A stretch of 64,000 nucleotides of DNA from Deltaproteobacteria bacterium (GCA_012728915.1 JAAYEC010000040.1:42617-106616); one strand, 5' to 3'. Counted from the first letter of the stretch, positions 10,052-18,980 are shown. Notes: a model not told the origin generated them from the sequence alone. Numbers and translations are program-made.

Positions 10052-11338
10052 ATGAATCCATCTGCTGCAAAGCCCACGACGTTCTCCGGCCGACGCCGTT
10101 GGATTCTCTTCTGGGCGATTTCGGTTCTCTTCGGGCTCTCCATGTTCTACCGGTCCGCCATTGCCGTAATCACGACGGACCTCATGCGGGACGTCCCTAT
10201 GGACCTTGGGGCCCTGGGCTTCGTCTCGGCGGCCTTCTTTTACAGCTACGCCCTGTTCCAGATCCCCTCGGGCGTGCTGCTCGACCGTTTCAGCCCCGTG
10301 CGGGTGATGGCGGCCTTCTTTCTGGCGGCCCTTGCCGGCGTCGTCCTGTTCGCCGTTGCCGAATCGTGGGCCGTCATGGTTCTCGGGCGCCTGCTCACGG
10401 GCGCCGGCATGGCCTGCGGGTTCATCGGGGCCCTGAAGATCCTCTCGATGCAGTTTTCGCCGAACCGGTTCGCCACCCTCTCCGGCATTGTCGTTTCCGT
10501 GGGCAACGCGGGCATCGTCTTTGCCACCACCCCTCTCGTGCTCTGGACGCAGGGCCTGGGCTGGCGAACAACCTTCCTGCTCGTGGGGCTCTTTCACCTG
10601 GCGGTGACGATGAGCTTTGTGCTTGCCTTCCGCGATGAGCGGGGTGCCGGGCAGGGAGCCCCGGCACCGGAGACCGCCGGTGGGGGCGATGCGCTCGGGG
10701 GACTTCGCATGGTCCTGAAGGATGGACAGGTCTGGCTCATCTCCCTGGCCGCCTTCATCCGTTACGGGGTCCTCGCGGCGGTGCAGGGGCTCTGGGCGGG
10801 GCCGTATCTCATGGATGTGATGGGCTACTCCCCCGTGACGGCGGGCAACCTGCTGTTCCTGCTTACGCTGGGAGTCATCATCGGCAATCCCGCCAGCGGC
10901 TTTCTGTCTGACCACGTCTTCAGGAGGCGCAAGGGGATCATGATCGTCGCCCTGGCAGGCTATGCGCTGACGCTGGCCGCCCTGGCCCATGTTCCCATCG
11001 GCGCCCCGCTCTGGCTCGTGGCGCTTTTCTTTGCGGCCTTCGGCATTTTTGCCGGAACGGGCAGTCTCCCCTATGCCCATCTCAAGGAACTGACGCCGCC
11101 CGAACGGGCGGCCACGGCCCTGACAGTCCTGAATTTTTCCGCCGTCGTCGGGGCCGGCGTCTTCATGCAGGGCCTCGGCCTGCTCATAAAGGCGCTCTTT
11201 CCCGCCTCGACGGTCAGCCACGAGTCCTTCCGGGTGATGTTTCTCGTCTGTACGGGGGCGATGCTGGCGGGGGTCGTCCTCTATGCCTTCACCCGGGAGA
11301 GCCTTACGGTACGTGTAGCGGAGGGCCGGGAGCGTTGA
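10052..11338 (+). CDS. MFS transporter
   Basis: 428 aa with about 12 hydrophobic segments. MFS-type loop motifs (LLDRFSPVRV, GRLLTGAGMA). Confidence 0.85.
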   Translation: MNPSAAKPTTFSGRRRWILFWAISVLFGLSMFYRSAIAVITTDLMRDVPMDLGALGFVSAAFFYSYALFQIPSGVLLDRFSPVRVMAAFFLAALAGVVLFAVAESWAVMVLGRLLTGAGMACGFIGALKILSMQFSPNRFATLSGIVVSVGNAGIVFATTPLVLWTQGLGWRTTFLLVGLFHLAVTMSFVLAFRDERGAGQGAPAPETAGGGDALGGLRMVLKDGQVWLISLAAFIRYGVLAAVQGLWAGPYLMDVMGYSPVTAGNLLFLLTLGVIIGNPASGFLSDHVFRRRKGIMIVALAGYALTLAALAHVPIGAPLWLVALFFAAFGIFAGTGSLPYAHLKELTPPERAATALTVLNFSAVVGAGVFMQGLGLLIKALFPASTVSHESFRVMFLVCTGAMLAGVVLYAFTRESLTVRVAEGRER

Positions 11339-11420
11339 GCGCCGTCGGGAGAAACCCCACTCCCCGAAGGCGGCTGCCGTCTGCCCGGCAACCCGCCGTC
11401 CCGGAACGGGTACAATTTGG

Positions 11421-11672
11421 TCATTTCAGGATGTTCTTGACGGGGTCGCAATGCCTGTGGGCATTCTGCATGAAGGCTGCGGCGTCCACGATGATCCGCT
11501 CGTGTTTTCCCCGGGCCATCTGGCCCTGCTCGTCGAAGGCCGTGATCTCGAAGACAAGACGGTTCTTGTCGATTTCAGCGAGTGCGGCCGTCACGGTTAC
11601 GGTCATGCCGTCTATCTGCGACTGCCGGAGCACCTTGCCCGGCTCTTTCATCTTCGCGAAATACTGTTTCAT
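11421..11672 (-). pseudogene. Truncated hotdog-fold thioesterase fragment (C-terminal half only)
   Basis: The 83-aa product from ATG 11672 (GAAGAGG about 8 nt upstream) reads ...GMTVTVTAALAEIDKNRLVFEITAFDEQGQMARGKHERIIVDAAAF. This matches the C-terminal strands of FlK/4HBT-type thioesterases. Only 79 nt separate it from the upstream gene, so the N-terminal helix region cannot be encoded. The listed 141-aa ORF overlaps the acyl-CoA dehydrogenase stop. Confidence 0.45.
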
Positions 11673-11751
11673 CGTTTCTGCCTCTTCAATGGACAATGGG
11701 TGCCTGCCGCCGGCGGCGCTCGGCCGCCGGCGGCCCCCTATGTAGACCGTG

Positions 11752-12912
11752 TTAGCGGTTTGCTTTTCGGATACCCAGCTGGTCCTGGGCCATGATGAAC
11801 TTGCAGATGTTGGTCGATCCCTCGACCATGGCGTAGGTCGGGGCATCCCGGAAGATCCGCGCCACCGGGTACTCCGGCGAGTAGCCGTAGGCCCCCAGGA
11901 TCTTCATGGCGTACTGCGAGCACTTGTAGCAGAGCTCCCCGGCCAGGTACTTCGCCATGGCCACCTCGACATTGTTGTTGAGGTTCCCCTGGTCCTTCTG
12001 CCAGGCCGCCTTGTAGACGACGAGCCTTGCCGCCTCGATGTCGGCCATCATCTGCGCGATCATGTCCTGGTTCATCTGGAAGGTGCCGATGGGCTTGCCG
12101 AACTGCTCGCGCTCCATGGCGTACTTGGTCACGATGTCCAGGCAGGCCTGAGCCACCCCCACGCCGCCGGCCGCCGCCGAGAGCCTCGTCTGGGAGAGCG
12201 AGCCGAAGACGATCTTCCCCCCGTCGCCGGGCTTGCCCAGGATGTTCTCCTTCGGAACCTTCGTGTTCTCCAGCACGATCTCCCCCGTCGGCGAGCAGTG
12301 CGAGCCCATCTTCTCCAGATCCGTCACGGTGATGCCGTTGAAGTTCTTGAGCTCCACGATGAAGGCCGAGAGCTGCCGCTTGCCGCCCTCACTCGTGTAG
12401 GCGTAGAAAATGTTCACATCGGCCACGTTGGCGTTCGAAATCCAGGTCTTCGTGCCGTTGAGCAGCCAGTGATCGCCCCGATCCTCGGCCGTGGACTTGA
12501 TCGCCATGACGTCCGATCCCGCCTGGGGCTCAGTGATGCCGAAGGAGCCCATGTACTCGGCACTCACCAGCTTCTCGATGTACTTCTTCTTGGCCGCCTC
12601 CGTGCCGTAGCGCAAAATCGTGTAGGCACAGCCCAGCTCGTTCATGTTGACCTGCACCCGAAGCGCGCTCGAGGCCCGGGCGATCTCCTCGGTGATGATC
12701 ATCGCCGCCAGCCAACCCATCTCGTTGCCGCCGTACTCTTCGGGAATGACGGTGCCGAAAAAACCCAGCTCGCCCATCGGCTTGACCGCCTCCTTGTACG
12801 GAAAGTGGGACTTCCGATCCCACTCCTCGGCAAAGGGAGCTATCTTCTCTTCCGCAAACGAGCGCACCGTGTCCCGCAACATCTTCAACTCTTCCGTCAA
12901 TTCAAAGTTCAT
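11752..12912 (-). CDS. Acyl-CoA dehydrogenase family protein
   Basis: 386 aa with typical ACAD blocks (GSFGITEPQAGSD, WISNA, EREQFGKPIG, YEGTSNI-like MVEGSTNI). SD GAGGAGAGG lies upstream of ATG 12912. Confidence 0.9.
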   Translation of the reverse strand: MNFELTEELKMLRDTVRSFAEEKIAPFAEEWDRKSHFPYKEAVKPMGELGFFGTVIPEEYGGNEMGWLAAMIITEEIARASSALRVQVNMNELGCAYTILRYGTEAAKKKYIEKLVSAEYMGSFGITEPQAGSDVMAIKSTAEDRGDHWLLNGTKTWISNANVADVNIFYAYTSEGGKRQLSAFIVELKNFNGITVTDLEKMGSHCSPTGEIVLENTKVPKENILGKPGDGGKIVFGSLSQTRLSAAAGGVGVAQACLDIVTKYAMEREQFGKPIGTFQMNQDMIAQMMADIEAARLVVYKAAWQKDQGNLNNNVEVAMAKYLAGELCYKCSQYAMKILGAYGYSPEYPVARIFRDAPTYAMVEGSTNICKFIMAQDQLGIRKANR

Positions 12913-13013
12913 TTCGCCTCTCCTCGTGGATGATTATGGTTGCGACTTTGCGTCGGTGTTGCCGTCGCGCCCGCTCTGCCGGCGGCTCTCCGCCGACCGG
13001 GCGGCGCTTGTTC

Positions 13014-13583
13014 TCACAGGATGATCCGCCGGGGGTCGACGACCTCCCGCAGGACCTTCAACTCGCTCGCCGTGGGCGGCGTCGCTTCCGTCGCCCTGGA
13101 GGCGTCGACGGTGAACTCCATGTTGCCCAGGATCTTCCGGGGCGAGATCCCGGGGTAGTAGTGGGCGAGATACATCTCCCTGGTCTTCTCGTCGAAGCGC
13201 AGCATGGCCAGGTTGGTCACGACCGCGCTGGGACCGCCGCTGCCGGAGAAGCGGGTTTTGGGCCGGTAGTAGTCGCCGATGCTCGTGGAGTTCATGTTGC
13301 CGTACTTGTCGATCTGGGCGGCGCCCAGGATCCCGATGACCCTTTCGCCGGTGCGGACATGGGTCGAGGCATTCCAGCAGTCGGTCAGGAAGAGGAAGAA
13401 GCACATGAGCAGCATGTAGTTGACCATCTCGTGGGCCCCGATCATGGGCGCATTCATGACGTAGCGGAGGATGACGTCGTAGCTGATGAGAGCCGTCATG
13501 GCCAGGATCCGCAGCCCCCCGACCCAGCCAAACCAGCGGGAGACCGTTTTCAGCGTCTCATTGCTCGCGTTGAGTGTTGTCAC
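13014..13583 (-). pseudogene. In-frame chimera: N-terminus of a TRAP small permease (DctQ) fused to the C-terminus of a CoA-transferase beta subunit
   Basis: aa 1-79 (…LISYDVILRYVMNAPMIGAHEMVNYMLLMCFFLF…THVRTG) look like DctQ. aa 80-189 (RVIGILGAAQIDKYGNMNSTSIGDYYRPKTRFSGSGGPSAVVTNLAMLRFDEKTREMYLAHYYPGISPRKILGNMEFTV…PTASELKVLREVVDP) look like the C-terminal part of a glutaconate/3-oxoacid CoA-transferase subunit B. The GTG start at 13583 has the SD AGGGAGG. Confidence 0.6.
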
Positions 13584-13670
13584 AGCTGCCTCCCTGCGAG
13601 ATCATGCCGGCAAGGAGATGCCGGCTCGGGTAACGGGCGGGGCGGTGGCCGACCGGGGCGGGTCAGGCCG

Positions 13671-15284
13671 TCACTTCGCGAGACGGTCCCGGATCGTGAT
13701 GGCGAAGTCCGGGCAGATGTAGAGGCACTTCAGGCAGCCGATGCAGCGCTCCGGACGGGAGGCGATCGAGGGCCGGTAGCCGCCGGGGTTGAAGTGGTCG
13801 GATCGCGTGAAGATCTGAAGGCCGCAGACCTCTCGGCAGTAGCCGCAGTCCTTGCAGGCCGCCTCGTTGACGGTCACGTCGAACTCGCGAAGATCGCAGG
13901 ACAGGCAGCGCGAGGCCTCGAGCGCGGCCGTCTCCGCATCAAGGGTCTTTTCGACGATTTCGAAGTCGCCGAGGCGCTTCTTCGGGGTCGTGAGTCTCGG
14001 CTGGACCCGGGCCGTCCCCCGGGGGGCCTCCTCGGGGATCGCCTCGGCGGCGCCCCGGCCCGAGAGGCGGTCGATGACGCCGGTGCCGCCCAGGAAGCGG
14101 TCGATGGACTCGGCGGCCCTGCGGCCCTGGCCGATGGCCGAGATGATGGAGGCGGGCCCCGTCGCGGCGTCGCCGCCAGCAAAGATCCCCTTTGCGGAGG
14201 CGGCCAGGGTGTCGGCGTTCACCGCGATCGTCCCATTTCTGTTGCGCTTGAGCGTTGCCGCCGGGACATCCGCCTCCTGGCCCACGGCCATGATGACGGT
14301 CGAGGCCTCGAGGACGTACTCGCTTTTCTTCACGGGAACGGGGCGCGGCCGCCCACTGGCGTCGGCCTCGCCGAGGGCCATGCGGATGCATGTCACCGAG
14401 CCCTTCTCGATGCGGACGGGCGCTGCCAGGAACGTGATCGCCACGCCTTCCTCGAGGGCCTCGGCGATCTCGTCTGCCGCCGCGGGCATCTCCGCGCGGG
14501 TGCGCCGGTAGAGGATCGTCACGTCGGCGCCAAGCCTGCGCGAGGCGCGGGCGGCATCGACGGCCGTGTTGCCCCCGCCCACGACGATAACCTTCGCGCC
14601 GATGCGGGGCGCCCTGCCAGAGTTGACGGCCTTCAGGAAGCTGAGGCCGTCGAGAACCCCCGGGCCGTCCTCGCCCGGGATGCCCATCTTGAGACCGCGC
14701 CAGGCCCCCGAGGCCACGAAGACGGCCTCGTAGCCCTTCTCCAGAAGGGCCTCGGCGGAGTCGATCCTCTTCTTCGTGCGGATCCTGACACCCGCCTGTT
14801 CGATCACCCGGATGTCCCGGTCCACGACCGCGTCGGACAGGCGGTAGCCCGGGATGCCGTAGCGCAGCAGGCCGCCCGCCTCGGCGAGGGCCTCGAAGAC
14901 GGTCACGTCGTGGCCCTGCAGGGCGAGGTAGTATGCCGCGGTGAGGCCCGCGGGGCCCGAGCCGATGACGGCGATTTTCCTGCCCGTGGAGGGCAGGCGC
15001 ACGGGTTTCGGCTGTTTCCTCCAGCCCTTCTCGGCCGCGATCCGCTTGAGCATGCGGATGGCCACGGGGCCCTCGAACTGGTTTCGCGAGCACTTCGCCT
15101 CGCAGGGGTGCGCGCAGGCGTACCCGCAGACGAAGGGGAAGGGGATCTTTTCCCGGACGACGGCGAGGGCCTCCTCGAAGCGGCCCTCCCGGACGAATCG
15201 TACGTAGCTCGGCACGTCGATGCCGGCCGGGCAGGCCTCCTGGCACGGCGCCATTTTCTTGCTGCTTGCGTTCACTACGCCCAC
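13671..15284 (-). CDS. GltD-like NAD(P)H-dependent flavoprotein oxidoreductase with a C-terminal 2x[4Fe-4S] ferredoxin domain
   Basis: N-terminal Cys cluster (CQEACPAGIDVP…CGYACAHPCEAKC). Two dinucleotide folds (VIGSGPAGLTAAYYL; VVGGGNTAVDAA). C-terminal CKDCGYCREVCG and CIGCLKCLYICP motifs. GTG start with SD AAAGGAG. It is the last gene of the oxidoreductase operon. Confidence 0.85.
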   Translation of the reverse strand: MGVVNASSKKMAPCQEACPAGIDVPSYVRFVREGRFEEALAVVREKIPFPFVCGYACAHPCEAKCSRNQFEGPVAIRMLKRIAAEKGWRKQPKPVRLPSTGRKIAVIGSGPAGLTAAYYLALQGHDVTVFEALAEAGGLLRYGIPGYRLSDAVVDRDIRVIEQAGVRIRTKKRIDSAEALLEKGYEAVFVASGAWRGLKMGIPGEDGPGVLDGLSFLKAVNSGRAPRIGAKVIVVGGGNTAVDAARASRRLGADVTILYRRTRAEMPAAADEIAEALEEGVAITFLAAPVRIEKGSVTCIRMALGEADASGRPRPVPVKKSEYVLEASTVIMAVGQEADVPAATLKRNRNGTIAVNADTLAASAKGIFAGGDAATGPASIISAIGQGRRAAESIDRFLGGTGVIDRLSGRGAAEAIPEEAPRGTARVQPRLTTPKKRLGDFEIVEKTLDAETAALEASRCLSCDLREFDVTVNEAACKDCGYCREVCGLQIFTRSDHFNPGGYRPSIASRPERCIGCLKCLYICPDFAITIRDRLAK

Positions 15285-15309
15285 CGCTCAACTCCTTTCT
15301 TGCGATTGA

Positions 15310-15858
15310 CTATCGGCCCGCCAGGTCGCGGCCGACCGCCAGCATCTTCAGGTTCATCTCGACGGCAGCGCCCTTGAAGCGCTTCCGGATCATCTCTTCG
15401 AGCGTCTCCATCTTCACGACACCCGTCTTGGCCGTCACGGTTCCCAGGGCCAGGATGTTGACGCTCAGCGCGTTGCCCATATCGCTTGCCGTCTGCGTGA
15501 AGGCGTAACCCGTGAAGTTCGGGTCCGTCCGGGCGTTCACGAGGGTGCTGTCGTAGAGAATCGGCACGCCTTTGGCCGCCCAGGTCTCGTATTTCTTCGT
15601 TGCCTCCTCCGTCAGGACGAGGATGCAGTCCGGCTTCTGGACCTGCTGGAAGACGATCTCCCCGGTGTCGATGATCACCTCCGCCAGCGACAGCCCCCCG
15701 CGGCTCGCGATGCCGTAGGACTGCGTCTGGACCACGTTTTTGCCCTCGAGGATGGCCGCTTCAGCCAGCAGGATGCCCGAGAGGATCAGGCCCTGGCCGC
15801 CGGTGCCGGCGAGGATCACTTCAACATGCTTGCTTTCCGTTGTCATGCGGTGCTCCAT
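15310..15858 (-). CDS. 2-oxoacid:ferredoxin oxidoreductase gamma subunit
   Basis: 182 aa: ILAGTGGQGLILSG…QTQSYGIASRGG, typical of the pyruvate/ketoisovalerate oxidoreductase gamma family. Follows the beta subunit with a 4-nt gap. Confidence 0.85.
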   Translation of the reverse strand: MEHRMTTESKHVEVILAGTGGQGLILSGILLAEAAILEGKNVVQTQSYGIASRGGLSLAEVIIDTGEIVFQQVQKPDCILVLTEEATKKYETWAAKGVPILYDSTLVNARTDPNFTGYAFTQTASDMGNALSVNILALGTVTAKTGVVKMETLEEMIRKRFKGAAVEMNLKMLAVGRDLAGR

Positions 15859-15862
15859 CCCT

Positions 15863-16681
15863 TTATCCTTTCTGCGCCCGGGCCTTGACGAGCTCGTACT
15901 GGGTGTTGAAGTCCGGGACGTCCCGCGACACGAGCGTTCCGATAGCCAGGCGCTCGGCGCGCTCGGTCTCGGGCAGCCGCCGGTATTCCTCCACCGCGAT
16001 GGCCCGATCCCGCAGCCAGTGCAGCATGTCCGGGGTCTCCTTCATCTCGTTGTGCCGCCCGAAGTGCGTGGGGCAGGGGCTGACGACCTCGACGACCGAG
16101 AAGCCCTTTTTCGTGAGGGCCTCCTTCATGTTTTCCTTCATCTCCCAGCCGTGGTAGGGGGTGCAGCGGGCCACGTAGTTGGCCCCCGCCGATTCGGCCA
16201 GGGCGCAGATGTCGAAATCGCGCTCGGGGTTGCCGTAGGCCGTCGTGCTGGTGTAGCGCTGGGGAGGTGTCGTGCCCGAGACCTGACCGCCCGTCATGCC
16301 GAAGTTGAAGTTGTTGAGGATAATCGCTGTCAGGTCGATATTGCGGCGGCAGGCGTGGATGAAGTGGTTGCCGCCGATGGTCACGCCGTCGCCGTCGCCC
16401 ATGATCGCCACCACGTTGAGCTTCGGGTTGTAGGCCTTGATGCCCGTGGCGTAAGCCAGGGCGCGGCCGTGGGTGGTGTGCAGGGCGTTGGTGATCATGT
16501 AGTCATCGGCCTTGCCCGTGCAGCCGATGCCCGTGACGACGACCGTGTCCGTCGTCGTGTAGCCGAGCTCCTCGAAGGCCCGCAGCAGGGCCCCGAGCAT
16601 GGTGCCGATTCCGCAGCCCGAGCACCACATGTGCGGGAGGATCCCGCCCTTGAGGTATTTCGTTCCCGTTGCGTGTGCCAC
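15863..16681 (-). CDS. 2-oxoacid:ferredoxin oxidoreductase beta subunit (TPP-binding)
   Basis: WCSGCGIG Cys motif, and GDGDG…NN thiamine-diphosphate binding motif (MGDGDGVTIGGNHFIHACRRNIDLTAIILNN). Confidence 0.9.
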   Translation of the reverse strand: MAHATGTKYLKGGILPHMWCSGCGIGTMLGALLRAFEELGYTTTDTVVVTGIGCTGKADDYMITNALHTTHGRALAYATGIKAYNPKLNVVAIMGDGDGVTIGGNHFIHACRRNIDLTAIILNNFNFGMTGGQVSGTTPPQRYTSTTAYGNPERDFDICALAESAGANYVARCTPYHGWEMKENMKEALTKKGFSVVEVVSPCPTHFGRHNEMKETPDMLHWLRDRAIAVEEYRRLPETERAERLAIGTLVSRDVPDFNTQYELVKARAQKG

Positions 16682-16694
16682 GCCCGCCTCCTTT

Positions 16695-17837
16695 CTATCT
16701 CGCGCCGAGCATCACGGCCAGGATATCCTGGGGGGTGATGATCGTCCCGTTGTATCGATTGACCCGCCGCAGGTCCATGTCGGGGCCAACGGCCTTGCGG
16801 ACCTCGCCGGCGACTTGTCCCGAGTAGTTCATCTCCGGCACAACGACCATCTTCGCACGCCTGCCCAACTCGGCCACTTCCCGGTCCGGGAAGGGCCAGA
16901 CGGTCTGCAGCTGAAGAACGCCGGCCCGCACGCCCTGTCTTCGGGCCTCGATGGCCGCGGCGCGCCCCGAGCGGGTCGTCGCCCCCAGGGTCACGAGCAG
17001 CACATCCATGTCGTCCGTGTCGAAGCTCTTTGTCAGCACGATCTCGTCGCGGTGGCGGTCTATCTTTTCGTGGAGCTGCCTGACCCGCCAGGCCGCATTG
17101 GCCGGATCGTTGTTGCTGTAGCCGTCGAGCCCGTGCATGGAGCTCGAGACGTGGAAGACGTACTCCCCGCCGTAGGCGGCAAGCGGCGCCACGCCGTCCT
17201 CGTCGGCCTTGAAGGGCTTGTAGTCCGCGGGAGACCCCGACGGCCGTTTGCGGTCGACGACCTCCAACTCGCCCGGGGCGGGCACCTCGACGTTCTCGCG
17301 CATGTGGCCGACGATCTCGTCGGGCATCAGCACGACGGGCACCCGGTATCGTTCGGCGAAGTTGAAGGCCGTCACGGTCAGCGTGAAACACTCGCGGACG
17401 CTTGCGGGGCACAGCGCGATGACCGACTGGTCCCCGTGGCGGCCCCATCGGATCTGCATGATGTCCGACTGGGCCGGCCGCGTCGCAAGCCCCGTGCTCG
17501 GACCCGCGCGCTGCACGTCGACGACCACGCAGGGCACCTCGCCCATGACGGCCAGTCCCAGGTTTTCCTGCATCAGCGAAAAGCCCGGGCCGCTGGTGGC
17601 CGTGAACGACTTGGCCCCGGCCAGCGAGGCGCCGATGACGGCGGCGATGGAGGCGATCTCGTCTTCCATCTGGATGTAGACGCCGCCTAGTTTCGGCAGC
17701 TTTTTCGAGCACTCCTCGGCGATCTCCGAGGACGGCGTGATGGGGTAGCCCGCGTAGAACCTCGCCCCGGCGTAGATCGCCCCTTCCGCGATGGCCTGAT
17801 TGCCCTGCATTAAGCGAATTTCTTTACCCAAGGTCAT
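16695..17837 (-). CDS. 2-oxoacid:ferredoxin oxidoreductase alpha subunit
   Basis: MQGNQAIAEGAIYAGARFYAGYPITPSSEI…TSGPGFSLMQE, typical of the KorA/VorA alpha subunit. Confidence 0.9.
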   Translation of the reverse strand: MTLGKEIRLMQGNQAIAEGAIYAGARFYAGYPITPSSEIAEECSKKLPKLGGVYIQMEDEIASIAAVIGASLAGAKSFTATSGPGFSLMQENLGLAVMGEVPCVVVDVQRAGPSTGLATRPAQSDIMQIRWGRHGDQSVIALCPASVRECFTLTVTAFNFAERYRVPVVLMPDEIVGHMRENVEVPAPGELEVVDRKRPSGSPADYKPFKADEDGVAPLAAYGGEYVFHVSSSMHGLDGYSNNDPANAAWRVRQLHEKIDRHRDEIVLTKSFDTDDMDVLLVTLGATTRSGRAAAIEARRQGVRAGVLQLQTVWPFPDREVAELGRRAKMVVVPEMNYSGQVAGEVRKAVGPDMDLRRVNRYNGTIITPQDILAVMLGAR

Positions 17838-17909
17838 TTCCTTTCAACAGAGACTGTTATGGAACCGGCTAAGGGCTGAAGGCAAAGAAAAAGCGATCTG
17901 CCCTTCGCC

Positions 17910-18961
17910 TCACGCCCTTCTTCTATCCCGCACCTCGGGGTTGGCCAGAAACCCGGGCTTCTTGCCCTACCGGCCTCCAGGATCCCCCGGGAGACGTCCA
18001 CGGCCATGTTGACGAGCGCCGGGTCCGTCATGGCCGCCATGTGGGGGGCCGCCATCACGTTCTCGAGTTCGAAGAAGGGCAAATCCGCTGGCGGCGGCTC
18101 CTTCTCGAAGACGTCCAGCGCCGCCCCCGCGATGCTCTTTTCCTTGCGCCCGAAACAGGGCCGCCTCGTCGACGATTCCCCCGCGGGATGTGTTGATCAG
18201 AAAGGCTGCCTTCTTCATCAGGGCCAGTTGCGTCTCGCCCACGAGGTGGTGCGTCTCCTTCATGTGTGAGACATGCAGCAAAACGAAATCCGTCTCCCGG
18301 ATCGTTTCCTCGAGGGTGCGCATGCGGCTCACGGCGTGGTCTGGAACACCCCGTCGTCCGCCAGGGGGTCGCAGGCCTTGACGTCCATCTGGAGAGAATG
18401 CGCCAGTTCCGCGAGACGGCGCGCGATCCGGCCGAACCGGACGAGGCCCAGCGTCTTGGCCTTGAGCTCCAGGGTGTTGTAGCCCATCTTCTGAACGAGC
18501 CCCGGCAGAGAGGCCGAGACGGCGAAGCGGCCCTCCCGGGGGGCCTTCTCGGCGCTGTTGAAATTCTTGGCGCAATGCATGATGGCCCGCAGGGCATGCT
18601 CGGCAACGGCATTGGTGTTCGCCCCGGGCGCGTTGACCACCTGGATTCCCAGGCTCGTGGCGGCGGCCACGTCGATGTTGTCGATTCCGATGCCGTGACG
18701 GCCGATGACTTTCAGGGTTTTCCCTGCCTCCATGACGGAGCGGCTGAGGCTGGTGCTGCGGATGAGAAGGGCGTCTGCGCTCACGATGAGAGGCATCAGG
18801 TCCGAATCGGAGGGCGAGGGCCCAATGAGGACCCTCGCTGCGCTCTCCAGGATACCGATTCCGATCGGGGAGATCGGCTCAGACAGAAGCACTGGATATT
18901 TCAACGGTCGGCACCCTTTTTCATGCTTTCCAGCCTGCGGCGGTCGAACAGAAATCATCAA
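17910..18961 (-). pseudogene. D-isomer-specific 2-hydroxyacid dehydrogenase (SerA/PGDH-like), disrupted by three frameshifts
   Basis: The domain sequence can be followed across two alternating frames. It starts with ...VIGRHGIGIDNIDVAAATSLGIQVVNAPGANTNAVAEHA...DPLADDG. After a shift at the C4 run 18349-18352 it continues VPDHAVSRMRTLEETIRETDFVLLHVSH...AAFLINTSRGGIVDEAALFRA. After a shift at the T4 run 18138-18141 it continues KSIAGAALDVFEKEPPPADLPFFELENVMAAPHMAAMT...GILEAG. After a shift at the C3 run 17965-17967 it ends GKKPGFLANPEVRDRRRA with stop 17910-17912. Confidence 0.7.
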
Positions 18962-18980
18962 TCTGAAATTTTGTATTCAG
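18960..18980. promoter_or_regulatory. Candidate operator, copy 1 (AATCTGAAATT core inside the palindrome CTGAA-N8-TTCAG)
   Basis: The exact 11-mer AATCTGAAATT is shared with 19144..19154. It lies in the AT-rich divergent region between the dehydrogenase pseudogene and the GntR gene. Confidence 0.3.

Noticed and set aside
10188-10197. Additional copies of the RAYT repeat core (GGGACGTCCC at 10188-10197 and 15915-15924).
   Set aside because: Both lie inside coding regions, where they simply encode Arg-Asp-Val-Pro. They lack the flanking repeat sequence, so they are chance occurrences of a short palindrome.
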